Made by a program: the position numbers and the translations under genes. DNA of 64,000 bases, from positions 525,984 to 589,983 of the forward strand of contig NIVC01000460.1 in NCBI GenBank assembly GCA_002269645.1, read 5' to 3'. Below the pieces are notes generated by a model that did not search any database, was not told the origin of the DNA, and saw only the letters and a list, made by a program, of their open reading frames with translations. This DNA comes from Macrostomum lignano. Its lineage: Eukaryota. This document shows positions 43,977 through 56,900 of this stretch, one piece after another (position 1 is the stretch's first letter; every line of letters begins with the position of its first letter).

Positions 43977-44970
43977 TTTTAGCTATGAAATATTTTCATA
44001 AAGTTTTAATTTTTGTGGCCACAAGATAGATAGATGTAACGCCTCGGGCAACCTTTTGTTGGAGTTTTTCATCTTCTTATTTTTTGCCCCGGCATTGATA
44101 TTAGACTGCTTTCAGAAGAGGTGCAATAGAATCTCTTCTCTTTTGAGCTCGTGTACTCGTAGCAGCTCGCTGTGGCCCAGCGCGCGTGAATCTCAGACTG
44201 AGGTTGCCGGCGGGGACAGGCTTGGAAAAGGATTGTAACAGGTGGTATGTCTGGATTTTATGGAGTATTACCGAGCACGGTTGAGGGACAATGGACAGAA
44301 ACTCTGGCTGTGGCGAACGTATAAATACAGACGGCGGTCTAATTTAGCAAATTTTCTAAGGCACCTGAAAGAGAATTTTTCCTATTTGATTCTAGCATCA
44401 AAGACAAGCACTAGGTCTACTGAGATAAATTTATCTAATAGGGTTGTTCTGATACATTATTTTGCTATTTTGGTTTATCTCTATCAAAGAAACTAAGAAA
44501 CTCCATCAGGTTGCCCATTAGGTAAGTCCTGGCTGCACACAGTTGTTTGAGCCTGAGAAAGACTTATTTCTCGGTACATGAAGAGCAACTCCATCATGAA
44601 ATCTGTCCAAACTCACCCTCAATATGCTAGTTCAATTGAAGTCTCCTGCTGTGTATTTATAATGGCCCTCTCTCTTTAAATGAATCTCGTACTCCAGTAA
44701 GAGTTGAGTAGCTTGGGGAATGCCAAGTTTTTGGGCTTTAGAACAGAAATTTCACTTGGAGCCAAAATGAGAACATCGATGGACTGTCTCGGCTTTTCCG
44801 TTGGACTGGTCTGGCAAGTTGCCGATTGCTTCAGGCTCCGCTCCAGAGCCCTCAGTTGACATCTCCTCTATTGGCTTTTGAGGCTCCTGGAGTAAACTTT
44901 TGGATAGTGCTTCTTTTGTTTCAGCCAATGATGTTTGTGTCAATAGGGGACACCAACTATTCATCCGCAG

Positions 44971-47900
44971 GTGAATTCGGTCAAGATGTCGTTCATGCTG
45001 GCGGCGCATCAGCAGGAGGTTGAGAAATGGCTGCAGGACAACCGAGATGACGTGGAGTCAGCCGCCATCGGCTGCACTCACCAGGCGCTGCTGGTTCAGC
45101 AAACCAAGCAGGCGGTCCTGCTGGAGGAGATCCAAGCGCTTGAGAGCAGGCTGGACGAGTCCAACAAGTCCGCGGCAGCGTCCCTCACCAAGCTGAAGGC
45201 AATGGAGAGTCAGATTGGCGTGAACCAGCAGGCGCTGACTTACCTTCAGCAGGTGACGTCGCTTGAGACGGCATTCGTGTCCACGGGTCAGAAAGTGATG
45301 GAGAAGGCACTGCAGATGTCCAAAGTTACTGACGGAGTCGTTCTCGAAGCCAAGAAGGTGAGAAAAGAGCCTTCATTTTATTGACAGTACATGAACGAGT
45401 CAAGGACAACTGAAGCAACGTCTATACAGGACGCTTCACTCGAAATCTATGGAAAATGTTTTGAAGGCCACTTTTTGCCGAAAAATACACTACGGAGATA
45501 GGAAGTTTTAATTTTTTAAGCTTCAGCTTCAGCTTCGTTCAGAAAATTAGAATTTATGTTATTTTTCATTCTGGTACAACTGCTCATGTCCTGTGCCTAA
45601 AAATCATAAAAATGGCACGGCTCGGCTCATTGGTTTTATTAATCTATTTTGGCATTCTTAGCTGACTGTGTAACAATATGTGTAACAGATGTGATAAAAT
45701 ATATTCATGTACGACTCGTAACCAAAGATTCGATAACATAGAATCGTAATTTCCTAAAACTTCCTAAAACTCTTCCTAAAATCCTAAAACTTCCTATCTC
45801 CGTAGTGTATTTTTTGACGAAAAGTGGCCTTCAAAACATTATCCATAGATTTCGAGTGTTGCGTCCTTCTACTCTAGTAGTCCTTTGAACGAGTATGCTT
45901 GAGCAATGAGCAGCTATTAAATTTGAACCCAACACATATCAATAAGACATAAGTAGTTTTTACCGGCGACATTTTACATCGTGCCAGATAAAAACTTTAT
46001 ATAGTAAATTAAAATGCAATTTTTTTTGTTTGAAGTTGGAGTTAGAAGAGCGTAAAATCTGGAATTGAGTGTAATAGTGTAAGCAGCAAGAATCTGAACT
46101 TCTAGGTGTATATGCATCAAACCTCGAAAATATTTCCTCCCAGGAGCTGTCGGCCGAGGTCCACGGCACCTGGAGCTGGGTGAGCCAGCTGGCCGACCTG
46201 AACCGGCTCCACACCCGCAACGCCGCGGACTACCAGGCCTTCCATCACAGCGCCTACGAGCTCAACGCCATGCTTAACAGCCGAGCCAGCAGCAGCAGCG
46301 CCGCCATTGCCGCCATTCCCGCCAACGGGATGCTGGGCTCCATCAAGCGCATAAACACCGTGCTCACTGTGAGTAACCTCTTGTCAGTTTCAATATCGGA
46401 AATACTCAAATCGCACACTTCAAAAGTAAAAGCCTCCTCGAACCTCTGCAGGACAACTTGGCCCAGTTCAACCGGCTGTGGCAGCTGTCAGTCGACCTGA
46501 CGCAGCGCAGCCGAGCTGTGGTGCCGCTGCACCTGCGTTTCAGCACTGACGCCATCCCGTTCGCGGGCAAGAACGTGTTCAAGTTCGATGACGGCGAGGT
46601 AAGTGCCAACTGTATTGCAGAGTTAATTACATATTTGATGGCGCTCGCCCCATCATATTCGGACACCTGCGAGTGGAAGTTGCGCCTGAAAACCTCTGCA
46701 CACTACTGACTGAGTAGTGCGGAGAGAAAATGAAGTATGAAATTTAGAATACCGATAAATGGCGATAATAAATATGAGTGTCTTAGAATGTGTGTACGGT
46801 TGTAACCCTGAATTTTAAGGGACCGCACTATGTTTGCTGGTGTAGTCCTGGCTTGTCTGTGGGGACTGGTCCTATTGCTATCTTATTCTTCTGCCTCTCT
46901 GACGATGGTACCAAGCGTCTATACTTCTAATCAACTAAATAAGTCGAAGGTTCGGTAAGTTTCTCTCGATCTTCAACCCTCAACGCGGATGTTTATTTCT
47001 ATTCCTGATGGTTGCAATTTCAATAGATAATGAGCATGCAAATGATTTAAGCAATTTAGTGGAATGAAAAAGGGCTACTTATCTATACTGGTGTTCTTCG
47101 ATCTTGACGTCTCTAAATGGTCTCTAGATCTACTTATCTATACTGGTGTTCTTCGATCTTGACGTCTCTAGATGGTCTCTAGATCTACTTATCTATACTG
47201 GTGTTCTTCGATCTTGACGTCTCTAGATGGTCTCTAGATCTACTTATCTATACTGGTGTTCTTCGATCTTGACGTCTCTAGATGGTCTCTAGATCTACTT
47301 ATCTATACTGGTGTTCATCGATCTTGACGTCTCTAGATGGTCTCTAGATCTACTTATCTATACTGGTGTTCTTCGATCTTGACCTCTCTAGATGGTCTCT
47401 AGATCTACTTATCTATACTGGTGTTCTTCGATCTTGACGTCTCTAGATGGTCTCTAGATCTACTTAGCTATACTGGTGTTCTTCGATCTTGACCTCTCTA
47501 GATGGTCTCTAGATCTACTTATCTATACTGGTGTTCTTCGATCTTGACGTCTCTAGATGGTCTCTAGATCTACTTATCTATACTGGTGTTCTTCGATCTT
47601 GACGTCTCTAGATGGTCTCTAGATCTACTTATCTATACTGGTGTTCTTCGATCTTGACGTCTCTAGATGGTCTCTAGATCTACTTATCTATACTGGTGTA
47701 CTTCGATCTTGACGTCTCTAGATGGTCTCTTTGTTAGATCGGGAGTCTCGGCTCGATTCAAATGAAGTTGCTTCCTTGTCGTTTTTTTGAGTCTGTTAGT
47801 GACGTTGGATGAGAACTCTGGATGGAGGGCGGAGTAGGAGTAGAGGAGTAGCTGGAGCAAAAGGAGGAGCAAGAGAAGGCGGGAAAAAGGAGGCGGGAGC

Positions 47901-50900
47901 TTTATTTTCACTGAACGCTAGTATTAGTAGTATATATATGATTTCTATAACGCATTTCATTGTTGTTGGCTTCCCGCAATAGGATCTTTACTGCCGCAGA
48001 AGCATGCGCTGTACTTTCCAGATAGAAAAACCTTCAAGGTTCGCATTAGACTCAAAAATAGCATTGGGCATAACATGTATAAATTAAGATCACTGCACTA
48101 GTTTTTCTCCTATACATTAAAATCCAGGCCTTCTGAGCTGCGCATTTGCCAGTATTTAACTAAACATTTACACAAAAACTACTGCCGCCTACCGTACGAT
48201 CGTATGGCCTCTCACCCCCACAGACGGTCCTGGAGCCGGGAGAGCAGGTGACTGTCATCGACAACTCTCAGTCCTACACGTGGACGGTGAGGCGCTCGGA
48301 CGGAAGCGAGGTCGAAGTGCCCAGCACCTGCATCTGGCTGCCGCCGGCCGATCCGCAGGCAGTGCAGCTCGCTATCGGGTTTGTAGGGCTTTTGACAGAA
48401 CTGGCAGTTATCTCATTGTCTTTTTATTTTGTCAAAGCCTCATGTTTATTTATTTATGAAAGTGGCTTATAGTTAAAGATAAACATCACAAGTGACAATG
48501 AGGAAAAACATCTCTGCACATTATGCCACTCCCTGGCTCTTTGGCAAATCGAATTTCTTCCGTTTACAGGCTGAGAAGAAAGCTGCTGAACACCTGGTCT
48601 CAGGTTCTGAACCAACTGCGTCAATGGAGTGCCGAGTTCTTTGATTCCTATCTGAGCCGCATGATCCAGAACCCAGTGGTGAGTAATATTACACTTTTTA
48701 TAGCTACGTGTAAAGTTTGCGGCCTTTTAAAGCCTCTTTTCATCGTTTTTGGAATACCAAAACTTAATTAGCAGATGTCGTTATCGGAATAAATCGTTTT
48801 TAAAGTTTAATTCTCAGCCAAATAGTTGAACTTCCTTCATCAGATGATCAGCTCAAAAATCAGAGACGGATCTCTCGCGTTCTTCGAGAGGTTGCGCCTG
48901 TCCAGCCGCACCTTCTTGGGCGTCAACGATCAGCAGGCAGAGCGCATTGACAGTTCCATTGGCAAGGTAGTTGACAGGATTACGATAACCGGTGCGTGTC
49001 TCAAATTGATATTGTTCGTTTAAATTCACCAAAGCAGACATGCAGACCTTTGATACGATTTTTTAGATGGCCCGATGGGCTCTTTAGTTGAGAGCGAGCT
49101 AGCCGTCCTGCAGACGTGCCTGATGAAGCTGGAGGAGCACCTGAACCAGTGGCGCCATTGCTCAAGAGAAGCTCTTGAAGCCGAAAATCAGGAGCGAAGT
49201 CAGACTGACCTATCTAAGGAATCCTCGGAGGTCCTGGCACGCATTGAACTGCTTTCGTAAGTCTAATGGACTTAAAAAACATTTTCATGTATTTTAAACC
49301 TAATAAAATATTAGGTACTCAGGATTTTTATTTAGGAATAGAAGCATGTCGACCATGGTATGGCATGACTCGTCAGTTGTGTTGTACCCATGGATGAAGG
49401 AATAGAAAGGATCGCTGATCTGAAAGCGAGTCTATGGCCAATGCAGTACTTCCTAAAAGTTGGGATATTCCCCTCATGAATTTCATTGGCTGCTGGAATT
49501 TAACAATAGACCCCCCTAAGTTCTTACTGGCTGAAGCTTGTACGCGAGGGAAATTCCAAAGTCACGATTAACGTTAGACATTAATAACTGCTTTTTTCCT
49601 CTGGGCCACGACGGCTTAAGGGATTTAGAACAAGAGAAAAAGTTATCTACGAGTAGTATGTTAGTGTTACAGCCTAGCATGCGCGTTAATCGTGAATTCC
49701 CCCGCATACAAGCTTCAGCCATTAAGAACTTAGGGGGGACTATTATTCAATTCCGGCAGCCAATGAAATTAATTGGGGGGGAATCCCAATTTTCAGGAAG
49801 TCTTGGCCATAGACTTGCTTTCAGATGAGCGATTCTTTCTATTCCTTCATCCATGGTTGTACCCCCCCCCCCGGGATGGCCTGGGAGCTGCGAACCGGCT
49901 AGGGTAGCAGGGGCTGCCTAGCTGGGAGACACCCAGGTCCCGCCTATTCCTGTCCCTAACGCTGCGAGAGTTCACGGGGGCCTCGAGCTGGCGAAAGTTC
50001 ACCGGCCCGACCTCTGGGTGCTGCGAGAGTTCACAGTAAAACTTCCGGCTGGCAAAAGTTCGCTTGTCGGCCCCTGAACACTGCGAGAGTTCACAGTATA
50101 GCTCGATCCCCGCGCGGCACCCCGGAAGGAAATGAGACTCACACCTGCAGTTCGATCCAGCTCCAACAACATGCGGTATACCCCGAACTGAACGTTACGT
50201 GTGTGTATTGATATTAACTGCACTGCCGTCAGCGGGACAAGGGGGGGGGCGGGACGGGGCGGGGGGCGCGCATTAAATAGCAAGGCAAAAGGGGGAGGAG
50301 GGTAGACAGACAGACAATAAGCAAGTACAAACCACCCTGCGGCCAGCCAATCACAAGCCGCCAGCCGGGGGAGGGGTGGAGCAAATTGAGCCGGCCCGCG
50401 CACGAGACCGGCGGCCTGGGCAGGCCGAGGCCAGACTAGGGAGAGACTTAAGCCCCCAAACCCCAGCCCGACCGGCGGCACAACCCAGCGCGATGGGGGG
50501 GGGGAGAAAGAGAGAGAGAGAGAAAAGGGCCGGGAGGGTGAAGCCCTCGCAGACGCAGCACTGCACAACAGTTATTAGCTTTTAACTGGTTTATCAAGCA
50601 TAAAGCAATGCTTTCTGGAGAATTTCTTAGTCGTAAGGTCCAGTTAGTTTCATTGATAAGACAGAACTTAATTACATAAATAGCTCGAGCACTAATCATG
50701 AATTATTTTGTAATGGCTATTGGAGGACTACTTTCATAAGAACCGCCACGGCAACCCGAATTCAACGGGTATTCATACGCTCGTGCCGAAAATGCATAAA
50801 AATACTTGTAGAGAATCAAAGATTCTTTCGTGAAAGCCATCTCTGTACTTTAAAAGTAAGGATAGATGAAACAGAGGCAAATTCTGCGATACTATGAAAT

Positions 50901-53900
50901 AGAAGCACCTAAACGTGGCATGAATTTGTTGAACTTGCAGACAGCTGCAAAAGGAGTCACAGTCTCAGTTCCGTGACCTGCAGCGAAGCATTTCTAATTG
51001 GAGGCTTCAAGATGTGGCGTCGAAGTTCCAAGTCACCAAGGTAATTAATATTTAAACTGCATGCTGTAGCTTCATTGGCTTTATTCAAGTCAGCTAATCG
51101 GTATGTTTTACTTCGATCCCACAGATTTCGCGACAGCCGCTGTTCTACGACAAATCATCGCTTTCCGTAATGGACAGCGTCACAAGAGCGTCGGGGAAAT
51201 CGGAAGAGAGACAGACAGCAGAGTGGCGGCTGATTGGAACAATCCAAGGGAGAGCAGAAGGAAACTCAGCGGTGAATGTGACAGCAAGCGGTTGTCACGC
51301 ATCTACAAATCAATATCACATTGGATTCAAATCTGCAGAAGAAGTAACAAGCTCGAGAGCTGCCGTATACAGGTCTGAAGAGAGACCAAAATCAGAAAGT
51401 AAAAAGATTCAAGTAGTTTCTAGCGGCTGTCATAAAGAAATTTTGCCAAGTAAAGAGCCAGACACTTCGTCGCAGGACTTCCAAGCGTTGGTGCTGAAGT
51501 ACGTTGAACAGCACAAGTCGGAATTCTTCGCCATATTTGCTACATGGAGCGACTTTCAAGCAGAAATTCGTCGCTACGTACGCGAGCATGCTTGGGAGTT
51601 TTCTGATATCTTCTCCTGGAGCGGGTTCAGCGACCAAGTTCGAAAGCACGTTTTGGAGCACAAAGAGGAATTCATTGCGCTGCTTGGCCTAAACAAAGAA
51701 GTGAACGTAGAGCGACGCATTACACTTGAAAGGCCACCAGTGCAAGTGTCGCAAACTCAGTGCTGGAGAGAGATCAAAGAAAGTGAATCTGCTGTCAGTT
51801 TTGAACAAAGACAACAAAAACCTGCAATTTCAGTCACAGAAGCCTACAGAGAACAAGCCGATAAGAAGACTGAACTGAAGAGTGCAGGATGCTTCATAGA
51901 AAAAGTCTTCGTCAGTGCCAAAGTTCAGAAAACAACCCCAGAGCTAATAATATTTTCTCACGGGGCATTCAAAGAACGCACATTTTCTACCGCAAGCATC
52001 AAAGTCGAAAACAAGTCGAACACAACCGGAAGTGGGTGCTACTCAGAGTGGCAATTATCGGAAAAATCGGTTTACTTCAAAGAGACTATAAAACAAAATG
52101 TAACTTCCTGCCATTCCGAAACACAGTATCAGGACTCTCGAGCCAAATTCGATATTTCAAGTCCAAAAATAAGCGCAAGCGGCTGTTTCAAGCAAATCAC
52201 GCTCGAGCCGGCTTCCGTGACGTGCGATTGGAGGCCGAAATATGACAACTCCGGCTGCTACTACGAGACAAGCTACCAAGCCAGTAGCGCAAAGTTCATC
52301 TCACCGGCGCCAACGCTTACTGCAAGCGGCTGTTTCAAGCAAATCACGCTCGAGCCGGCTTCCGTGACGTGCGATTGGAAGCCGAAATATGACAACTCCG
52401 GCTGCTACTACGAGACAAGTTACCAAGCCAGTAGCGCAAAGTTCATCTTACCGGCGCCAACGCTTACTGCAAGCGGCTGTTTCAAGCAAATCACGCTCGA
52501 GCCGGCTTCCGTGACGTGCGATTGGAGGCCGAAATATGACAACTCCGGCTGCTACTACGAGACAAGTTACCAAGCCAGTAGCGCAAAGTTCATCTTACCG
52601 GCGCCAACGCTTACTGCAAGCGGCTGTTTCAAGCAAATCACGCTCGAGCCGGCTTCCGTGACGTGCGATTGGAGGCCGAAATATGACAACTCCGGCTGCT
52701 ACTACGAGACAAGTTACCAAGCCAGTAGCGCAAAGTTCATCTTACCGGCGCCAACGCTTACCGCAAGCGGCTGTTTCAAGCAAATCACGCTCGAGCCGGC
52801 TTCCGTGACGTGCGATTGGAGGCCGAAATATGACAACTCCGGCTGCTACTACGAGACAAGTTACCAAGCCAGTAGCGCAAAGTTCATCTTACCGGCGCCA
52901 ACGCTTACGCAAGCGGCTGTTTCAAGCAAATCACGCTCGAGCCGGCTTCCGTGACGTGCGATTGGAGGCCGAAATATGACAACTCCGGCTGCTACTACGA
53001 GACAAGTTACCAAGCCAGTAGCGCAAAGTTCATCTTACCGGCGCCAACGCTTACCGCAAGCGGCTGTTTCAAGCAAATCACGCTCGAGCCGGCTTCCGTG
53101 ACGTGCGATTGGAGGCCGAAATATGACAACTCCGGCTGCTACTACGAGACAAGTTACCAAGCCAGTAGCGCAAAGTTCATCTTACCGGCGCCAACGCTTA
53201 CTGCAAGCGGCTGTTTCAAGCAAATCACGCTCGAGCCGGCTTCCGTGACGTGCGATTGGAGGCCGAAATATGACAACTCCGGCTGCTACTACGAGACAAG
53301 TTACCAAGCCAGTAGCGCAAAGTTCATCTTACCGGCGCCAACGCTTACCGCAAGCGGCTGTTTCAAGCAAATCACGCTCGAGCCGGCTTCCGTGACGTGC
53401 GATTGGAGGCCGAAATATGACAACTCCGGCTGCTACTACGAGACAAGTTACCAAGCCAGTAGCGCAAAGTTCATCTTACCGGCGCCAACGCTTACCGCAA
53501 GCGGCTGTTTCAAGCAAATCACGCTCGAGCCGGCTTCCGTGACGTGCGATTGGAGGCCGAAATATGACAACTCCGGCTGCTACTACGAGACAAGTTACCA
53601 AGCCAGTAGCGCAAAGTTCATCTTACCGGCGCCAACGCTTACCGCAAGCGGCTGTTTCAAGCAAATCACGCTCGAGCCGGCTTCCGTGACGTGCGATTGG
53701 AGGCCGAAATATGACAACTCCGGCTGCTACTACGAGACAAGTTACCAAGCCAGTAGCGCAAAGTTCATCTTACCGGCGCCAACGCTTACCGCAAGCGGCT
53801 GTTTCAAGCAAATCACGCTCGAGCCGGCTTCCGTGACGTGCGATTGGAGGCCGAAATATGACAACTCCGGCTGCTACTACGAGACAAGTTACCAAGCCAG

Positions 53901-56900
53901 TAGCGCAAAGTTCATCTTACCGGCGCCAACGCTTACCGCAAGCGGCTGTTTCAAGCAAATCACGCTCGAGCCGGCTTCCGTGACGTGCGATTGGAGGCCG
54001 AAATATGACAACTCCGGCTGCTACTACGAGACAAGTTACCAAGCCAGTAGCGCAAAGTTCATCTTACCGGCGCCAACGCTTACCGCAAGCGGCTGTTTCA
54101 AGCAAATCACGCTCGAGCCGGCTTCCGTGACGTGCGATTGGAGGCCGAAATATGACAACTCCGGCTGCTACTACGAGACAAGTTACCAAGCCAGTAGCGC
54201 AAAGTTCATCTTACCGGCGCCAACGCTTACCGCAAGCGGCTGTTTCAAGCAAATCACGCTCGAGCCGGCTTCCGTGACGTGCGATTGGAGGCCGAAATAT
54301 GACAACTCCGGCTGCTACTACGAGACAAGTTACCAAGCCAGTAGCGCAAAGTTCATCTTACCGGCGCCAACGCTTACCGCAAGCGGCTGTTTCAAGCAAA
54401 TCACGCTCGAGCCGGCTTCCGTGACGTGCGATTGGAGGCCGAAATATGACAACTCCGGCTGCTACTACGAGACAAGTTACCAAGCCAGTAGCGCAAAGTT
54501 CATCTTACCGGCGCCAACGCTTACCGCAAGCGGCTGTTTCAAGCAAATCACGCTCGAGCCGGCTTCCGTGACGTGCGATTGGAGGCCGAAATATGACAAC
54601 TCCGGCTGCTACTACGAGACAAGTTACCAAGCCAGTAGCGCAAAGTTCATCTTACCGGCGCCAACGCTTACCGCAAGCGGCTGTTTCAAGCAAATCACGC
54701 TCGAGCCGGCTTCCGTGACGTGCGATTGGAGGCCGAAATATGACAACTCCGGCTGCTACTACGAGACAAGTTACCAAGCCAGTAGCGCAAAGTTCATCTT
54801 ACCGGCGCCAACGCTTACCGCAAGCGGCTGTTTCAAGCAAATCACGCTCGAGCCGGCTTCCGTGACGTGCGATTGGAGGCCGAAATATGACAACTCCGGC
54901 TGCTACTACGAGACAAGTTACCAAGCCAGTAGCGCAAAGTTCATCTTACCGGCGCCAACGCTTACCGCAAGCGGCTGTTTCAAGCAAATCACGCTCGAGC
55001 CGGCTTCCGTGACGTGCGATTGGAGGCCGAAATATGACAACTCCGGCTGCTACTACGAGACAAGTTACCAAGCCAGTAGCGCAAAGTTCATCTTACCGGC
55101 GCCAACGCTTACCGCAAGCGGCTGTTTCAAGCAAATCACGCTCGAGCCGGCTTCCGTGACGTGCGATTGGAGGCCGAAATATGACAACTCCGGCTGCTAC
55201 TACGAGACAAGTTACCAAGCCAGTAGCGCAAAGTTCATCTTACCGGCGCCAACGCTTACCGCAAGCGGCTGTTTCAAGCAAATCACGCTCGAGCCGGCTT
55301 CCGTGACGTGCGATTGGAGGCCGAAATATGACAACTCCGGCTGCTACTACGAGACAAGTTACCAAGCCAGTAGCGCAAAGTTCATCTTACCGGCGCCAAC
55401 GCTTACTGCAAGCGGCTGTTTCAAGCAAATCACGCTCGAGCCGGCTTCCGTGACGTGCGATTGGAGGCCGAAATATGACAACTCCGGCTGCTACTACGAG
55501 ACAAGTTACCAAGCCAGTAGCGCAAAGTTCATCTTACCGGCGCCAACGCTTACCGCAAGCGGCTGTTTCAAGCAAATCACGCTCGAGCCGGCTTCCGTGA
55601 CGTGCGATTGGAGGCCGAAATATGACAACTCCGGCTGCTACTACGAGACAAGTTACCAAGCCAGTAGCGCAAAGTTCATCTTACCGGCGCCAACGCTTAC
55701 CGCAAGCGGCTGTTTCAAGCAAATCACGCTCGAGCCGGCTTCCGTGACGTGCGATTGGAGGCCGAAATATGACAACTCCGGCTGCTACTACGAGACAAGT
55801 TACCAAGCCAGTAGCGCAAAGTTCATCTTACCGGCGCCAACGCTTACTGCAAGCGGCTGTTTCAAGCAAATCACGCTCGAGCCGGCTTCCGTGACGTGCG
55901 ATTGGAGGCCGAAATATGACAACTCCGGCTGCTACTACGAGACAAGTTACCAAGCCAGTAGCGCAAAGTTCATCTTACCGGCGCCAACGCTTACCGCAAG
56001 CGGCTGTTTCAAGCAAATCACGCTCGAGCCGGCTTCCGTGACGTGCGATTGGAGGCCGAAATATGACAACTCCGGCTGCTACTACGAGACAAGTTACCAA
56101 GCCAGTAGCGCAAAGTTCATCTTACCGGCGCCAACGCTTACTGCAAGCGGCTGTTTCAAGCAAATCACGCTCGAGCCGGCTTCCGTGACGTGCGATTGGA
56201 GGCCGAAATATGACAACTCCGGCTGCTACTACGAGACAAGTTACCAAGCCAGTAGCGCAAAGTTCATCTTACCGGCGCCAACGCTTACTGCAAGCGGCTG
56301 TTTCAAGCAAATCACGCTCGAGCCGGCTTCCGTGACGTGCGATTGGAGGCCGAAATATGACAACTCCGGCTGCTACTACGAGACAAGTTACCAAGCCAGT
56401 AGCGCAAAGTTCATCTTACCGGCGCCAACGCTTACCGCAAGCGGCTGTTTCAAGCAAATCACGCTCGAGCCGGCTTCCGTGACGTGCGATTGGAGGCCGA
56501 AATATGACAACTCCGGCTGCTACTACGAGACAAGTTACCAAGCCAGTAGCGCAAAGTTCATCTTACCGGCGCCAACGCTTACCGCAAGCGGCTGTTTCAA
56601 GCAAATCACGCTCGAGCCGGCTTCCGTGACGTGCGATTGGAGGCCGAAATATGACAACTCCGGCTGCTACTACGAGACAAGTTACCAAGCCAGTAGCGCA
56701 AAGTTCATCTTACCGGCGCCAACGCTTACCGCAAGCGGCTGTTTCAAGCAAATCACGCTCGAGCCGGCTTCCGTGACGTGCGATTGGAGGCCGAAATATG
56801 ACAACTCCGGCTGCTACTACGAGACAAGTTACCAAGCCAGTAGCGCAAAGTTCATCTTACCGGCGCCAACGCTTACCGCAAGCGGCTGTTTCAAGCAAAT

